NCBI GenBank assembly: GCA_051881695.1 | Contig: JBJEQJ010000020.1 | Location: 185,853 to 249,852 of the forward strand | Source: Acutalibacteraceae bacterium | GTDB lineage: Bacteria > Bacillota > Clostridia > Oscillospirales > Acutalibacteraceae | Length of the DNA: 64,000 bases | Direction: 5' to 3' | Shown here: piece after piece, positions 16,402 to 26,879 of the stretch | How the letters are laid out: every line of letters starts with the position of its first letter | Numbering within the stretch: position 1 is the stretch's first letter | The notes under the pieces: generated by a model | Told to the model about the DNA's origin: nothing | The model's database searches: none | Seen by the model: only the letters and a program-made list of their open reading frames with translations | Translations under genes and position numbers: made by a program

Positions 16402-17811
16402 TTACTCTTCAAATCTCCACTTAATGCCCTGTGGTGAATCCTCAACTATTATGCGGCGCGCCTTAAGCTCATCTCTTATGGCGTCGGCAGTTGCCCAGTC
16501 CTTGTTTTTTCTTGCTTCACTGCGTTTTGCAATAAGAGCTTCAATCTCTGCGGTCAGGTCTTTGTCTGCGCCGCTGTTTTCTGCTTTGGCGGCGGCATTT
16601 AATAAGTCAAGTGACAAAACCTCGTCGAATTTTTCTATTACACAGCGCTTTGTCACATCTGCAATGTCTGCCTTTAAAACATCGTAAACAGCCGTAAGCG
16701 CAAGCGAGGTGTTGAGGTCGTTATCCATAGCGGCGGCAAAGCTTTCAAGATAAGGCTTTGCCTGATCAGCGTCCGGCGTGCCGTCAGTGCTTAAATTGGA
16801 AATTCTTTTAATAAGCTTTTCGTACGCTTTTGCAGTATTGTCAAGGCTGTCGTAGGTAAAGGTGAGAGGCTTTCTGTAATGCGACTGCAGGCAGAACATA
16901 CGGTAAACAAGCGGGTCATATCCTTTTTCCTCCAAAAGTGAAACTGTAAGGAAATCTCCCTTAGACTTGCTCATTTTTCCTCTTGCGTCGTTCAGGTGAA
17001 GAACGTGAAACCAGTAATTGCACCACTTATGCCCTAAAAAGGCTTCGCTCTGTGCAATTTCGTTAGTGTGGTGGGGGAAGGCGTTATCTACACCGCCGCA
17101 GTGTATGTCAAGGTGTTCTCCCAGATGCTTTATGCTTATTGCAGAGCACTCAATATGCCAGCCGGGGTATCCGTAACCCCACGGGCTGTCCCACTTAAGC
17201 TCCTGATCCTCAAATTTAGACTTTGTAAACCAAAGCACAAAGTCGCACTTGTTGCGCTTGTTTTCGTCTTCCTCTACGCTTTCTCTGACGCCTACAGCAA
17301 GGTCGTCCTCGTTTTGGTTGCCGAAAACATAGTAGCTGTCAAGTTTGGAGGTGTCAAAATAAACATTTCCGCCTGCCTGATAAGCATAGCCCTTATCAAG
17401 CAAAACAGACACCATATTTATAAATTCGTCTATGCAGTTTGTTGCCGGCTCCACAATGTCCGGAGTCTTAATGTTAAGCTTTTTACAGTCTGCAAAAAAA
17501 GCGTCCGTGTAGAATTTTGCAATCTCCATAACGGACTTATGCTCTCTTTTTGCGCCTGCAAGCATTTTGTCCTCGCCCGTATCTGCGTCGCTTGAAAGAT
17601 GTCCAACGTCGGTAATATTCATAACTCTTGTAACATCAAGCCCCGTATATCTTAAATATTTTTCAAGCACGTCCTCCATTATATAAGTTCTGAGGTTTCC
17701 TATATGGGCATAGTGGTATACGGTAGGTCCGCAGGTATACATACGAACCTTGCCGCTTTCGTGCGGAATAAATTTCTGCTTGGTTTGTCCTAATGTATTA
17801 TACAGCTCCAC
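16402..17811 (-). CDS. cysS: Cysteine--tRNA ligase
   Basis: Class I HIGH motif (HYAHIGN) and KMSKS motif (GKMSKSKG). 469 aa. Confidence 0.95.
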   Translation of the reverse strand: MELYNTLGQTKQKFIPHESGKVRMYTCGPTVYHYAHIGNLRTYIMEDVLEKYLRYTGLDVTRVMNITDVGHLSSDADTGEDKMLAGAKREHKSVMEIAKFYTDAFFADCKKLNIKTPDIVEPATNCIDEFINMVSVLLDKGYAYQAGGNVYFDTSKLDSYYVFGNQNEDDLAVGVRESVEEDENKRNKCDFVLWFTKSKFEDQELKWDSPWGYGYPGWHIECSAISIKHLGEHLDIHCGGVDNAFPHHTNEIAQSEAFLGHKWCNYWFHVLHLNDARGKMSKSKGDFLTVSLLEEKGYDPLVYRMFCLQSHYRKPLTFTYDSLDNTAKAYEKLIKRISNLSTDGTPDADQAKPYLESFAAAMDNDLNTSLALTAVYDVLKADIADVTKRCVIEKFDEVLSLDLLNAAAKAENSGADKDLTAEIEALIAKRSEARKNKDWATADAIRDELKARRIIVEDSPQGIKWRFEE

Positions 17812-18447
17812 TTATTTTTCCTCCAGTTTTTTTACTATTTTCTCTATTTTTTCTATATCAAAATGAACCTTGCAAAGCTCCTGTGCAACAGGGTCGGCTA
17901 TGTGGATTTGGTCAAGGTATTCTGTACGTATTCCGTTAATGCGTACAATTCGCGCAGGAACACCCACCGCTGTTGCATTCGGCGGAACTTCGTCCAATAC
18001 CACTGCGCCTGCGGCAATTCTTGCGTTGTCGCCCACCTTAAACGGGCCGAGTACCTTTGCACCTGCACCGACAAGCACATTGTTGCCAAGCGTAGGGTGA
18101 CGCTTGCCGTGTTCCTTGCCTGTTCCTCCCAGCGTTACGTTCTGATATATGGTACAGTTGTCGCCTATTATGGTAGTTTCTCCTATAACAACACCCATTC
18201 CGTGGTCGATAAAAAGTCCTTTTCCTATTGTTGCGCCGGGGTGTATCTCTATACCCGTTTTATGGCGGCTTCTTTGCGAAATATAGCGTGCTATAAATTT
18301 ATGATTATGGCGGTAAAACCAATTGGCAAGACGATAGGAGCGCACAGCCTTAAAGCCGGAATAAAGCAAAAATATTTCTATCCTGCTTCTGGCGGCGGGG
18401 TCGCGCGACATAATGGAGTCAAGGTCCTCCTTTAAGCTTTTGAACAT
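17812..18447 (-). CDS. cysE: Serine O-acetyltransferase
   Basis: Hexapeptide-repeat C-terminus (GATIGKGLFIDHGMGVVIGETTIIGDNCTIYQNVTLGGTG) and an SAT N-terminal domain. The stop abuts the cysS start. Confidence 0.9.
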   Translation of the reverse strand: MFKSLKEDLDSIMSRDPAARSRIEIFLLYSGFKAVRSYRLANWFYRHNHKFIARYISQRSRHKTGIEIHPGATIGKGLFIDHGMGVVIGETTIIGDNCTIYQNVTLGGTGKEHGKRHPTLGNNVLVGAGAKVLGPFKVGDNARIAAGAVVLDEVPPNATAVGVPARIVRINGIRTEYLDQIHIADPVAQELCKVHFDIEKIEKIVKKLEEK

Positions 18448-18519
18448 TCATCATACTCCTTTCAGTTTAATTCACATTATGGTATCAGCCGCAGTTAATA
18501 AGTGTTAAAGCAAAGCGGC

Positions 18520-18775
18520 TAACATAAAAAATACCCCGTCCCAAAGCAGGGACGAGGATAAAATCTTCGTGGTTCCACCCAGATTCAGCGGTAAAACCGC
18601 CCTTTAAAGGCATTAACGCTGCCCATACGCACAGCCATACTGGCTTAAATGTTTTCCGGCTGTGTGCTGACGGGTGCATTTCGCAGGCTTGATTTTAATG
18701 GCGGATTTCAGCTTTTTCCGCCAATCTCTGTTAAAACAAGGTTCTGCTACTTCTCCCGGTAAACGCATTTTTATA
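18520..18775 (-). promoter_or_regulatory. T-box leader, cysteine-specific, controlling cysE-cysS
   Basis: The minus strand has the T-box core TCTGGGTGGAACCACG (plus 18568-18580). It also has the terminator CCTCGTCCCTGCTTTGGGACGGGGTATTTTTT (plus 18525-18558). The specifier-loop context is GAAA-UGC-A (UGC = plus 18678-18676). Confidence 0.85.
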
Positions 18776-18840
18776 TTTTTTTCTTCATTAGCTATTATAT
18801 AACATTTATGATAAAAAGGGAACTGTTAAAATATAAAATT

Positions 18841-19437
18841 TTACTTAGTCCTGCTTATAAATTTTATGTTGTCTTTAATATAAATTACGCCGGAAATAAC
18901 GGTGAACAGCACGCTTATATATATAAGCGCCTGCGAAGCTATATTGAAGCAGGATGAGATCAGGAAAAGACTGCTTTCAGATATGCTTATTATGCCAAGA
19001 GATGTAAGCTCCAGAATATACTGAAAAAGCATAATGAAGCATATTACAATAATCTGGCTTACGGTTTTCACCTTGCCCCATATATTGGCGGCTACAACCT
19101 CGCCGCTGCTTGCCGCCACAAGGCGAATTGAGGTAACTGTAAATTCGCGGAAAAGTACGATAATAACGGGTACTGCTCCAATGATGCCAAGCTGAACAAA
19201 GCATAAGAATGCCGAGATAACAAGTATTTTATCTGCAAGCGGGTCTGCAAATTTACCGAAGTCTGTTATAAGATTATTTTTTCTTGCTATTTTGCCATCG
19301 AGCATATCGGTTAAAGAGGCAATGCCAAAGATAAGCCCGGCTATAAGAAAGTGGTGGGGGATATTAATAAGCAAAAAGGCAACAAAAAATGGAACAAGTA
19401 TAATTCTCAGTATTGTTAGCTTATTTGGAATATTCAA
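18841..19437 (-). CDS. pgsA: CDP-diacylglycerol--glycerol-3-phosphate 3-phosphatidyltransferase
   Basis: CDP-alcohol phosphatidyltransferase motif DMLDGKIARKNNLITDFGKFADPLADK. 198 aa membrane protein. Confidence 0.9.
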   Translation of the reverse strand: MNIPNKLTILRIILVPFFVAFLLINIPHHFLIAGLIFGIASLTDMLDGKIARKNNLITDFGKFADPLADKILVISAFLCFVQLGIIGAVPVIIVLFREFTVTSIRLVAASSGEVVAANIWGKVKTVSQIIVICFIMLFQYILELTSLGIISISESSLFLISSCFNIASQALIYISVLFTVISGVIYIKDNIKFISRTK

Positions 19438-19455
19438 TATATCACCAGCCGTCGT

Positions 19456-20799
19456 TTATTCTGTCATAGTGCCAATCGGGTCGCAGTCGATAAAATCGTC
19501 AATCAATACATTTACATATTCACCGAGGGAGGGCTTTCTGCCGTTTGTGTTGAAAAACACCTTTCCGTCAACATCGGGCGAATCTGCAAAGCTTCTGCCG
19601 AAATAGCACTGTGCAAATTTATCAAAGCCCTCTGTTACTACCTCTACGGTTTTTCCTATAAGGCTTTTGCAGTACTGCTCCATAATAGGATATTGCTGTT
19701 CCATTATAATTTCCTGACGTTTATTTTTAACGTCCTCGTCAAGCTGATTTTCAAATTCTGCGGCGGGGGTGTCCTCCTCCTGTGAATAAGCAAAACAGCC
19801 CAGACGTTCAAACTTTATCTCATTTACAAACTCTGAAAGCTCTGTAAAGTCATCTTCTGTTTCTCCGGGAAAGCCTGTTATCAATGTAGTTCTCAGCACA
19901 ACTCCCGGTATTTTTTCTCTTATCCTTTTAATAAGTGATGTAAGGCTTTCTTTGTTTCCGTGCCTGTTCATTGATTTCAGGATTTTGCCGTTGCAGTGCT
20001 GAAGCGGCAGGTCAATATATTTTAATATTTTGTCCTCGCTTGCAATAACATCTAAAAGCTCGTCTGTAATTCTGTCCGGATAGCAGTATAAAATGCGTAT
20101 CCATTTAAGCTTTTCAATTTTGCAAAGCTCCTTTAAAAGCTTTGGCAGCATTAAAGAGCCGTATATATCCTCGCCGTAGCGGGTTGTATCCTGTGCAATA
20201 ACGATAAGCTCTGTCACACCGTTTTCGGCAAGTGTTTTTGCCTCGGAGATTAATTCTTCCATTTTGCGGCTTCTGAATCCGCCTCTGATAAGCGGAATGG
20301 CACAGTAGGTACAGCGGTTGTCACAGCCGTCTGCTACCTTTAAATATGCATAATAAAATGGTGTGCTTTGTATTCTGCCGCCGTCAAGCGGCATTTTTGC
20401 TTTATCAGGGAAGCTTTCTATCTTTTTACCCTCCAGGCATTTTGCAATTATGTCTGCTATCTGCGTATTTGCGCCTATTCCCACAACTGCGTCAACCTCG
20501 TAAAGCTCCTTCATAACGTCGTGCTGATAACGCTCAGAAAGGCAGCCGGTTACAACAATAGCCTTAATTCTGCCCTCTTTTTTAAGCTTTGCAAGCTCTA
20601 AAATTTCTTCTATGCTTTCCTGCTTTGCGCTTTCTATAAAGCCGCAGGTGTTTATTATTGCAACGTCTGCCATAGCGGGGTCTTCAATAATTTTGTAACC
20701 TGCCTGCCGCAGAGTAAAAAGCATCATTTCAGCGTCTACTATGTTCTTTGCACAGCCTAAGCTTATCATTCCTACTGTATAAGTCATTTTTGTGACCAT
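19456..20799 (-). CDS. rimO: Ribosomal protein S12 methylthiotransferase
   Basis: MTTase N-terminal domain (ISLGCAKN), radical SAM CDNRCTYC, and a TRAM C-terminus. The start could instead be the ATG 12 nt downstream. Confidence 0.88.
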   Translation of the reverse strand: MVTKMTYTVGMISLGCAKNIVDAEMMLFTLRQAGYKIIEDPAMADVAIINTCGFIESAKQESIEEILELAKLKKEGRIKAIVVTGCLSERYQHDVMKELYEVDAVVGIGANTQIADIIAKCLEGKKIESFPDKAKMPLDGGRIQSTPFYYAYLKVADGCDNRCTYCAIPLIRGGFRSRKMEELISEAKTLAENGVTELIVIAQDTTRYGEDIYGSLMLPKLLKELCKIEKLKWIRILYCYPDRITDELLDVIASEDKILKYIDLPLQHCNGKILKSMNRHGNKESLTSLIKRIREKIPGVVLRTTLITGFPGETEDDFTELSEFVNEIKFERLGCFAYSQEEDTPAAEFENQLDEDVKNKRQEIIMEQQYPIMEQYCKSLIGKTVEVVTEGFDKFAQCYFGRSFADSPDVDGKVFFNTNGRKPSLGEYVNVLIDDFIDCDPIGTMTE

Positions 20800-20808
20800 T
20801 CCCTTATT

Positions 20809-21432
20809 TTAAATATATTCTTCTTCGTCGTCTGTTATGTAGCTGTCCATAACAGGTTTTATATCACTCCAACGGTAACCCATGCGCTGTAAGGCGGCAA
20901 AGGTACGTTTTCTGCTTTTTTCGTCATACAGCTTATTTCTGTATTTACCCTCAAGCAATGCCTGTATCTGCTCTGCCGGGTCAACCTCGAGCTCGCAAAG
21001 CAGCTGTTCAATCAGGCTGCGGTCAATACCCTTTTCTCTAAGCTTGTAGGACACAGCCGTCTTTGACATATGCTTTTTGTTTATAAGCTCCTCGCAAAGG
21101 CGGCGTGCATATTTTTCATCGTCAACAAGTCCAAGCTCCTCCATACGGTCGGCGGCATTTTGCGCTGCTTCTAAGCCGTACTCCGGCTTGATTTTATCAA
21201 TAAGCTCTTTTTTGGAGCGATCTCTGTATGATATAAGCCACAAAGCCTTTTCCTTTGCTCTGCGCTCGTTTGATTTGTCTATCAGCTCCTTTAATTGCTC
21301 ATCTGTTATTTCTGCTCCGGCAGTTATGCGGTTTTCAATAAGCGTTTGAGTATCCAGCTTTAAGGCAAATTCACCGTCAATGTAAAGTGCGGAAAAGGAG
21401 CGTTTTCTCGGCTCTATTGCAGTTATCAGCAT
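20809..21432 (-). CDS. recX: Recombination regulator RecX
   Basis: 207 aa helical-repeat protein immediately downstream of recA (1 nt gap). RecX-like repeats are present (ALWLISYRDRSKKELIDKI...). Confidence 0.8.
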   Translation of the reverse strand: MLITAIEPRKRSFSALYIDGEFALKLDTQTLIENRITAGAEITDEQLKELIDKSNERRAKEKALWLISYRDRSKKELIDKIKPEYGLEAAQNAADRMEELGLVDDEKYARRLCEELINKKHMSKTAVSYKLREKGIDRSLIEQLLCELEVDPAEQIQALLEGKYRNKLYDEKSRKRTFAALQRMGYRWSDIKPVMDSYITDDEEEYI

Positions 21433-21433
21433 A

Positions 21434-22597
21434 TTAATCTACCAAAATATCTATATCCTCATCGTCAGATACGGTGGGGAAGGCGCTGTCGTCGGGATCG
21501 TCCTTTTCAATCGGCTTTACAGAGGCTTTTGCAGACTTATCCGCTTTCGGCGACGGCTTGCCGGTGATTTTCTCAAGATTTTCCATAAGCCTGTCTTCAA
21601 TTTCCTTAGCGGTTTCGGGGTTATCAAGAATAAATTTCTTTGCGTTATCTCTGCCCTGACCGATTTTTGAGCCGTTATATGAGAACCAGGCTCCGCTTTT
21701 TTCTATAATATCCGCTTCTACGGCAAGGTCTAAAAGCTCTCCCTCACGGGAAATACCTTTGCCGTACATAATATCAAACTCCGCCTCTTTAAAGGGAGGG
21801 GCAATTTTGTTTTTAACTACCTTTGCTCTGGTGCGTGAGCCAATCATTTCCGAGCCGGATTTCAGGGTTTCAATTTTTCTTATATCTATACGAACGGAGG
21901 AATAGAATTTCAGCGCACGTCCGCCGGGGGTAACCTCCGGATTACCGTAAACTACGCCTACCTTTTCACGAAGCTGGTTGATAAAGATAGCTACACAGTT
22001 TGATTTTGATATTGCGCCTGTGAGCTTTCTTAATGCCTGCGACATAAGTCTTGCCTGAATACCAACGTGAGAATCGCCCATTTCTCCTTCTATTTCTGCT
22101 CTGGGTACTAATGCGGCAACAGAGTCTACAACAATTACGTCAATCGCTCCGCTTCGCACTAAAGCTTCTGTAATTTCAAGAGCATTTTCGCCCGAATCAG
22201 GCTGTGAAACAAGCAGATTGTCAACATCTACGCCGAGTGCGGCGGCATAAACAGGGTCAAGTGCGTGCTCAACGTCAATAAATGCAACATTTCCGCCTGC
22301 TTTTTGTCCTTCTGCTATGCAATGGAGAGAAAGCGTAGTTTTACCTGAGGATTCAGGACCGTATATTTCAATAATTCTGCCGCGCGGCAATCCGCCTATG
22401 CCAAGGGCAATATCAAGCGACAGACTGCCGGTTGAGATATGCTCTACATTCAGGTTCTGATTTTGACCGAGGCGCATAACCGCACCCTTGCCGAATTGCT
22501 TTTCTATTTGGGTTAAAGCCGTACTTAATGCCTTAGCTTTTTCTTCGTCATTTTTCGGAACGCTCACTGGCGGTTTCGGCTTATTCTTTGATGCCAT
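21434..22597 (-). CDS. recA: Recombinase A
   Basis: Walker A ([10 protein letters not shown]) and IVVDSVAAL. Start set to ATG 22597, which has a GGAGGT RBS, not TTG 22612. Confidence 0.96.
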   Translation of the reverse strand: MASKNKPKPPVSVPKNDEEKAKALSTALTQIEKQFGKGAVMRLGQNQNLNVEHISTGSLSLDIALGIGGLPRGRIIEIYGPESSGKTTLSLHCIAEGQKAGGNVAFIDVEHALDPVYAAALGVDVDNLLVSQPDSGENALEITEALVRSGAIDVIVVDSVAALVPRAEIEGEMGDSHVGIQARLMSQALRKLTGAISKSNCVAIFINQLREKVGVVYGNPEVTPGGRALKFYSSVRIDIRKIETLKSGSEMIGSRTRAKVVKNKIAPPFKEAEFDIMYGKGISREGELLDLAVEADIIEKSGAWFSYNGSKIGQGRDNAKKFILDNPETAKEIEDRLMENLEKITGKPSPKADKSAKASVKPIEKDDPDDSAFPTVSDDEDIDILVD

Positions 22598-22630
22598 TGT
22601 TGTTACCTCCAAAGTTAAATCTTTAACTAA

Positions 22631-22659
22631 ATTATATATTATTAAGTATAAAAAAGCAA
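22631..22659 (-). promoter_or_regulatory. Sigma-A type promoter for recA
   Basis: The minus strand reads TTGCTT, a 17 nt spacer, then TATAAT. Confidence 0.55.
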
Positions 22660-22667
22660 TTAAAACA

Positions 22668-22680
22668 GAACATAAATTTG
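22668..22680. promoter_or_regulatory. Degenerate LexA (SOS/Cheo-like) box candidate
   Basis: GAACATAAATTTG is GAAC-N4-ATTT versus the Firmicute GAAC-N4-GTTC/GTTT, so one half-site is imperfect. It lies about 10 nt upstream of the recA -35. Confidence 0.3.
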
Positions 22681-22741
22681 CCCTTTAAGCGTAAAAGTCC
22701 AATAAAAAGGACTTATGGTAAGAGTGTTTAAAGAGAAAAAA

Positions 22742-23608
22742 TCAGGCGTCGTATATTCCTGCAATGCTCCGTCTGCAGCCGCCAAGGTCAAGGCGGTATT
22801 CTATATCTTTAAAACCGTTTTCAAGCATAAGCTTTTTTACATAGTCGTACTGTCCCTCGCCAAGCTCAAATGCCATTACTCCGCCGGATTTAAGCAGACT
22901 CTTATACCTTATAACTATCTCCCGATAGAATTTACAGCCGTCATCTCCGCCGTTAAGAGCCATTTCAGGCTCAAAAAGCACCTCTTTTTGAAGCATTGGA
23001 ATTTCATCACAGGCAATATACGGAGGATTTGAAATAATAAGGTCAAAGCTATTATCCTCAGACAGAAATTCACAGGACAAAACATCCGCCATAACAGGGG
23101 CAATGTTTTTTACCTTGTGATATTTAATATTTTTAATTAGGTAAGGGAAAGCCTTGTCCGAAAGCTCCACCGCCGTAACAAAAGAGTTTGTAAAGCGTTT
23201 TGCAAGCGTTATCGCTATAATTCCGCTTCCTGAGCAAAGGTCTAATATATTAAGGGTTTGATTTTCTTTGCCAAGCAAAAGCTTACAGGCTTGTTCAATA
23301 ACTACGCTCGTGTCCTCACGGGGGATAAGCACACCCTCGCCCACAAAATAGTCAAGCCCCATAAAGCTCCATTTGCCCAGAATATACTGCAAAGGTATGC
23401 CCTCGGCACGCTTTTGTGCAAGGGCAAAAAGCTCGGCGGCTTTTTGCTGTGTAATTTCTTTGCCGCCGTTTGTAATTATATAGCTTTTGTCATAGCCCAG
23501 CAGATGCTGAATAAGACAGCCTGCGTCGAATTCCGGACTTTCAATGTCTGCAGTTTTGAGAATTTGCTTTGTATGCAGGTAAGCTTCTTTTAATGTATAG
23601 CTGTTCAT
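22742..23608 (-). CDS. prmC: Release factor glutamine N5-methyltransferase
   Basis: SAM motif LDLCSGSG and catalytic NPPY (IISNPPYI). Confidence 0.9.
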   Translation of the reverse strand: MNSYTLKEAYLHTKQILKTADIESPEFDAGCLIQHLLGYDKSYIITNGGKEITQQKAAELFALAQKRAEGIPLQYILGKWSFMGLDYFVGEGVLIPREDTSVVIEQACKLLLGKENQTLNILDLCSGSGIIAITLAKRFTNSFVTAVELSDKAFPYLIKNIKYHKVKNIAPVMADVLSCEFLSEDNSFDLIISNPPYIACDEIPMLQKEVLFEPEMALNGGDDGCKFYREIVIRYKSLLKSGGVMAFELGEGQYDYVKKLMLENGFKDIEYRLDLGGCRRSIAGIYDA

Positions 23609-24640
23609 TTATATTTCACTGCCTGACGGCACACCCTCGCCGCTGACAGAGCTTTTAGCAGCGCAGGGCTTTTCTCCGCTTATTATATCCTCGCCGTTTT
23701 CGGGTATAACGGGCTTCATAGCGGCAATAGCTATTTCTATCATTGAATCGTCCGGCTCTTTTGTGGTGATTCTCTGCGCCCACAAGCCGGGTGCGGCTAT
23801 AATGCGGGTAAGGGTATTGTCATATTTTCCGCATATTTTTATAAGCTCGTAGCCTATTCCGCAGGTAACGGGGAGAAGAAGTATTTTAGTAACCGAGCGA
23901 AGTATGGGGTCTGTAAACGGCACAAAAAGACCGATGATAATTGCAATAATAAGCATAATTACCATAAAGCTTGTGCCGCAGCGGGGATGAAAGCGCTTAT
24001 ATTTTTTTATGTTTTCAACCGTCAGCTCTTCGTCATTTTCGTAGCAGAATATAGTCTTGTGCTCTGCTCCGTGGTACTGAAATACTCTTTTCATATCCTG
24101 CATCTGAGAGCATACTACAATATACAAAAGGAAAAGAGCAATTCTTAAAATTCCCTCAAAAGCGCTTCTGAAAACAATATTGCCTGCAAAATCCGGCAAT
24201 AGGTTTGTAGTTGTTACGTTAAAGAGCCATGTGGGAAGCATAAAGAAAAGGGCAAAGGCAAGTACAACGCCGAGCACTGTGGATACTGTCATAAGCACCT
24301 TCATAAAGCTGTCGCCGAAATGCTTTTCAATCCACTGCTCAAGCTTTGAAGGGCCCTCTTCATCCTCGGGAATATCCTCCATTGCCTTTTCGGCAGATAT
24401 TGAAAGAGCCTTAAAGCTCAATCGCATAGAGTCAACAAGACCTGCAAGACCGCGGATGAACGGAACTTTAAAAATTTTATATTTCTGTGCAAGTCCCGTA
24501 AATTCAATATCCTGTGTATATATTTCGTTTTCCTTCACGCGAACAGCAACTGTTGTGCGCTTAGGTCCTCTCATCATTATACCCTCTATTAAAGCAGAGC
24601 CGCCTATAGAGGTAATTCTTTTTGTTTTTTTATCAGACAT
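23609..24640 (-). CDS. DUF1385 (YqhQ-like) membrane protein
   Basis: IGGSALIEGIMMRGP N-terminus and the HGAEHK motif. It shows the conserved pairing with prmC seen in Firmicutes. Confidence 0.75.
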   Translation of the reverse strand: MSDKKTKRITSIGGSALIEGIMMRGPKRTTVAVRVKENEIYTQDIEFTGLAQKYKIFKVPFIRGLAGLVDSMRLSFKALSISAEKAMEDIPEDEEGPSKLEQWIEKHFGDSFMKVLMTVSTVLGVVLAFALFFMLPTWLFNVTTTNLLPDFAGNIVFRSAFEGILRIALFLLYIVVCSQMQDMKRVFQYHGAEHKTIFCYENDEELTVENIKKYKRFHPRCGTSFMVIMLIIAIIIGLFVPFTDPILRSVTKILLLPVTCGIGYELIKICGKYDNTLTRIIAAPGLWAQRITTKEPDDSMIEIAIAAMKPVIPENGEDIISGEKPCAAKSSVSGEGVPSGSEI

Positions 24641-24672
24641 AATTTTAACTGTTAGCTCCTTTCAAACTTTAC

Positions 24673-26088
24673 TTATTTTTCCGTATCTTCCTTTATCACA
24701 GGGAAGGTTATGGTAACTGTTGTACCGATTCCCTCGGTGCTTTCAATATCTAAGCTGCCGCCGTGAAGCTGCATAATTTCGTCTGCAACGGCAAGACCGA
24801 TTCCGCTGCCGCGCACTGTTTGATTAGCCTTGTAGAATTTTTCTTTAATTTTGGGCAGATGCTGTGCAGGAATACCGCAGCCGTTGTCGCTTATTGTTAT
24901 TTTCAGGTTGTTTTCATCCGAATTTACCTGTATTCCTATTACACCGCTTGCCGGAGTATATTTTAAGGCGTTGTCTATAATATTGATGAACACCTGGCGT
25001 ATCTTATTTTTATCTGCCATTATCGGAGGTACGGCGTCAGGCTCGTCATACAGAAGATGCTTATGCTCGGAAAGCGCACGCTCTCTCAGCATATATATAG
25101 CCTCGTCAAGCTCCGCTATTACATCAGTTTTATCCATCATAAGCATCATTCTGCCGCTTTGAATACGGGAAAAGTCCAAAAGCTCTTCAACTATTCCTGT
25201 AAGACGTTCCGATTCCTTTACGATAACTGACATACCCTTTTCCATTGTCGGGTCTGCCGTTGTGCCCATCTGCATAGTTTCCGCCCAGCCCTTAATTGCG
25301 GTAAGCGGAGTTCTAAGCTCGTGCGATACAGATGAAATAAAGTCGTTTTTCATTTTTTCTGCGGCGGAAAGCTCCTGTGCCATATAATTTATAGAATCGC
25401 ACAGCTCGCCTATTTCGTCATTGTGCGTTTTTGTAAGCTTAGTGCTGAAATCACCCTGGGCAATTTTCTTTGCAGTGGCACAAACCTCCTTAACGGGGTT
25501 AACGATACTTCTTATAAAATATGAGCCTGAAAGCACAACAAAAAAGGTTATGAGAATTCCTGCCAGGATAAAGGTGACTATGTATAAAAATATTTTTCTG
25601 TTTGCTGCTTCAAGAGATACGGCATAGCGAACAGCGCCGATATTATTGCCGAAGGAGTCCTGTATTACTCTGGTGACAGACATTATGTTTTCTCCCGCCG
25701 AGGTTTGCCCTGTCCAGGTTGCATATCCGTTGTTGTCGACCATTGCTGTGTCGTAGTCCGGCATAGGCTCGCTTTTATCAGGCTCAAAGCCTGTTGAGGT
25801 TATAATAACCTCTCCGTTTGAGTTTATTACCATAAGCTCCATAAGCTCTTTATCGGGGAAGTTTTCAACATATGTGCGTGCAGTTGAATTAAACTGCACT
25901 GCGTCTGCCGTGGTGTAATTTCCGAAGAAGTTTACAAGCTCGTTGCTTCGTCCGCTTATTGTCTGCAAAATACCGTTATAATAAAAGGACTGAATAATAA
26001 GGGACAGCGCTATAATGATAGTAACAATAATAATAAGGGTTACGCCAAGTGTGTTTATAAGCCAGCGCCTTGTAATGCCCTTTGACAT
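24673..26088 (-). CDS. Sensor histidine kinase (TM-sensor-TM-HAMP-HisKA-HATPase)
   Basis: H-box SHELRTPLT. N/G boxes are present (IIDNALKYT, DNGCGIP, GSGIGLAV). Two TM segments flank an extracytoplasmic domain of about 140 aa. Confidence 0.88.
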   Translation of the reverse strand: MSKGITRRWLINTLGVTLIIIVTIIIALSLIIQSFYYNGILQTISGRSNELVNFFGNYTTADAVQFNSTARTYVENFPDKELMELMVINSNGEVIITSTGFEPDKSEPMPDYDTAMVDNNGYATWTGQTSAGENIMSVTRVIQDSFGNNIGAVRYAVSLEAANRKIFLYIVTFILAGILITFFVVLSGSYFIRSIVNPVKEVCATAKKIAQGDFSTKLTKTHNDEIGELCDSINYMAQELSAAEKMKNDFISSVSHELRTPLTAIKGWAETMQMGTTADPTMEKGMSVIVKESERLTGIVEELLDFSRIQSGRMMLMMDKTDVIAELDEAIYMLRERALSEHKHLLYDEPDAVPPIMADKNKIRQVFINIIDNALKYTPASGVIGIQVNSDENNLKITISDNGCGIPAQHLPKIKEKFYKANQTVRGSGIGLAVADEIMQLHGGSLDIESTEGIGTTVTITFPVIKEDTEK

Positions 26089-26126
26089 ATTCTCAGTCCT
26101 TTCCGAATGTATTTTTTATAATTAAA

Positions 26127-26831
26127 TCATTTTGCGTCCCATTTATAGCCAAGCCCCCATACTGTTACAATGTATTTCGGGTTGCTCGGTTCGTCCTCTA
26201 CCTTCATACGCAGTCTGCGTATGTTTACGTCTACTATTTTTTCTTCGCCGACATACTGATTGCCCCAGACATGGTTTAAAATATCTGTTCTGTCAAGGGC
26301 AACGCCGGGGTTTGAAAAGAAGTATTCCATTATTTGAAATTCAACCTGAGTTAAATCTATCATTTTTCCGTTTTTAAGCAAGGCTCGGTTTCTTAAGTTT
26401 AATACAAACTCTCCGGAAACAAGCTCCTCTTTAAAGCTTGACTCATTTCTCTGCTGTGCAAGTAAAACCCTTCTGTACAGAGCGTCAACTCTGGCTGTAA
26501 GCTCAGAAGGACTGAACGGCTTTGTAACGTAGTCGTCTGCGCCAAGCATTAAGCCGGTTACCTTGTCCATCTCCTGTGTACGTGCTGTAAGCATTATTAT
26601 GCCAATGCCGCCGTTTCTCTGCCTTAACTCCTTACAAACTGCAAAGCCGTCAATGCCCGGCATCATAATATCAAGAATAGCAACGTCAATATCGCCGCCG
26701 TTTTCCTCATATTTTTCAAGAGCCTGCTCACCGCAGTTTGCCTCTATAACGTCATATCCTGCACGTGTAAGATTTATTACCACAAAATCTCTTATAGCGT
26801 CTTCGTCTTCGCAAACAAGAATTTTTTTCAT
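26127..26831 (-). CDS. OmpR-family response regulator
   Basis: Receiver domain (ILVCEDE...ILDIMMPGIDG) plus a winged-helix C-terminus (VDVNIRRLRMKVE...VWGLGYKW). Confidence 0.9.
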   Translation of the reverse strand: MKKILVCEDEDAIRDFVVINLTRAGYDVIEANCGEQALEKYEENGGDIDVAILDIMMPGIDGFAVCKELRQRNGGIGIIMLTARTQEMDKVTGLMLGADDYVTKPFSPSELTARVDALYRRVLLAQQRNESSFKEELVSGEFVLNLRNRALLKNGKMIDLTQVEFQIMEYFFSNPGVALDRTDILNHVWGNQYVGEEKIVDVNIRRLRMKVEDEPSNPKYIVTVWGLGYKWDAK

Positions 26832-26879
26832 ATTTATTTTCCTTTCTTATGTTAGGATTATTTAGAACGATAAATACAA

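Noticed and set aside
18485-18679. 64 aa minus-strand ORF upstream of cysE
   Set aside because: It coincides with the T-box leader (T-box core, specifier loop and terminator), which explains the conservation-like structure.
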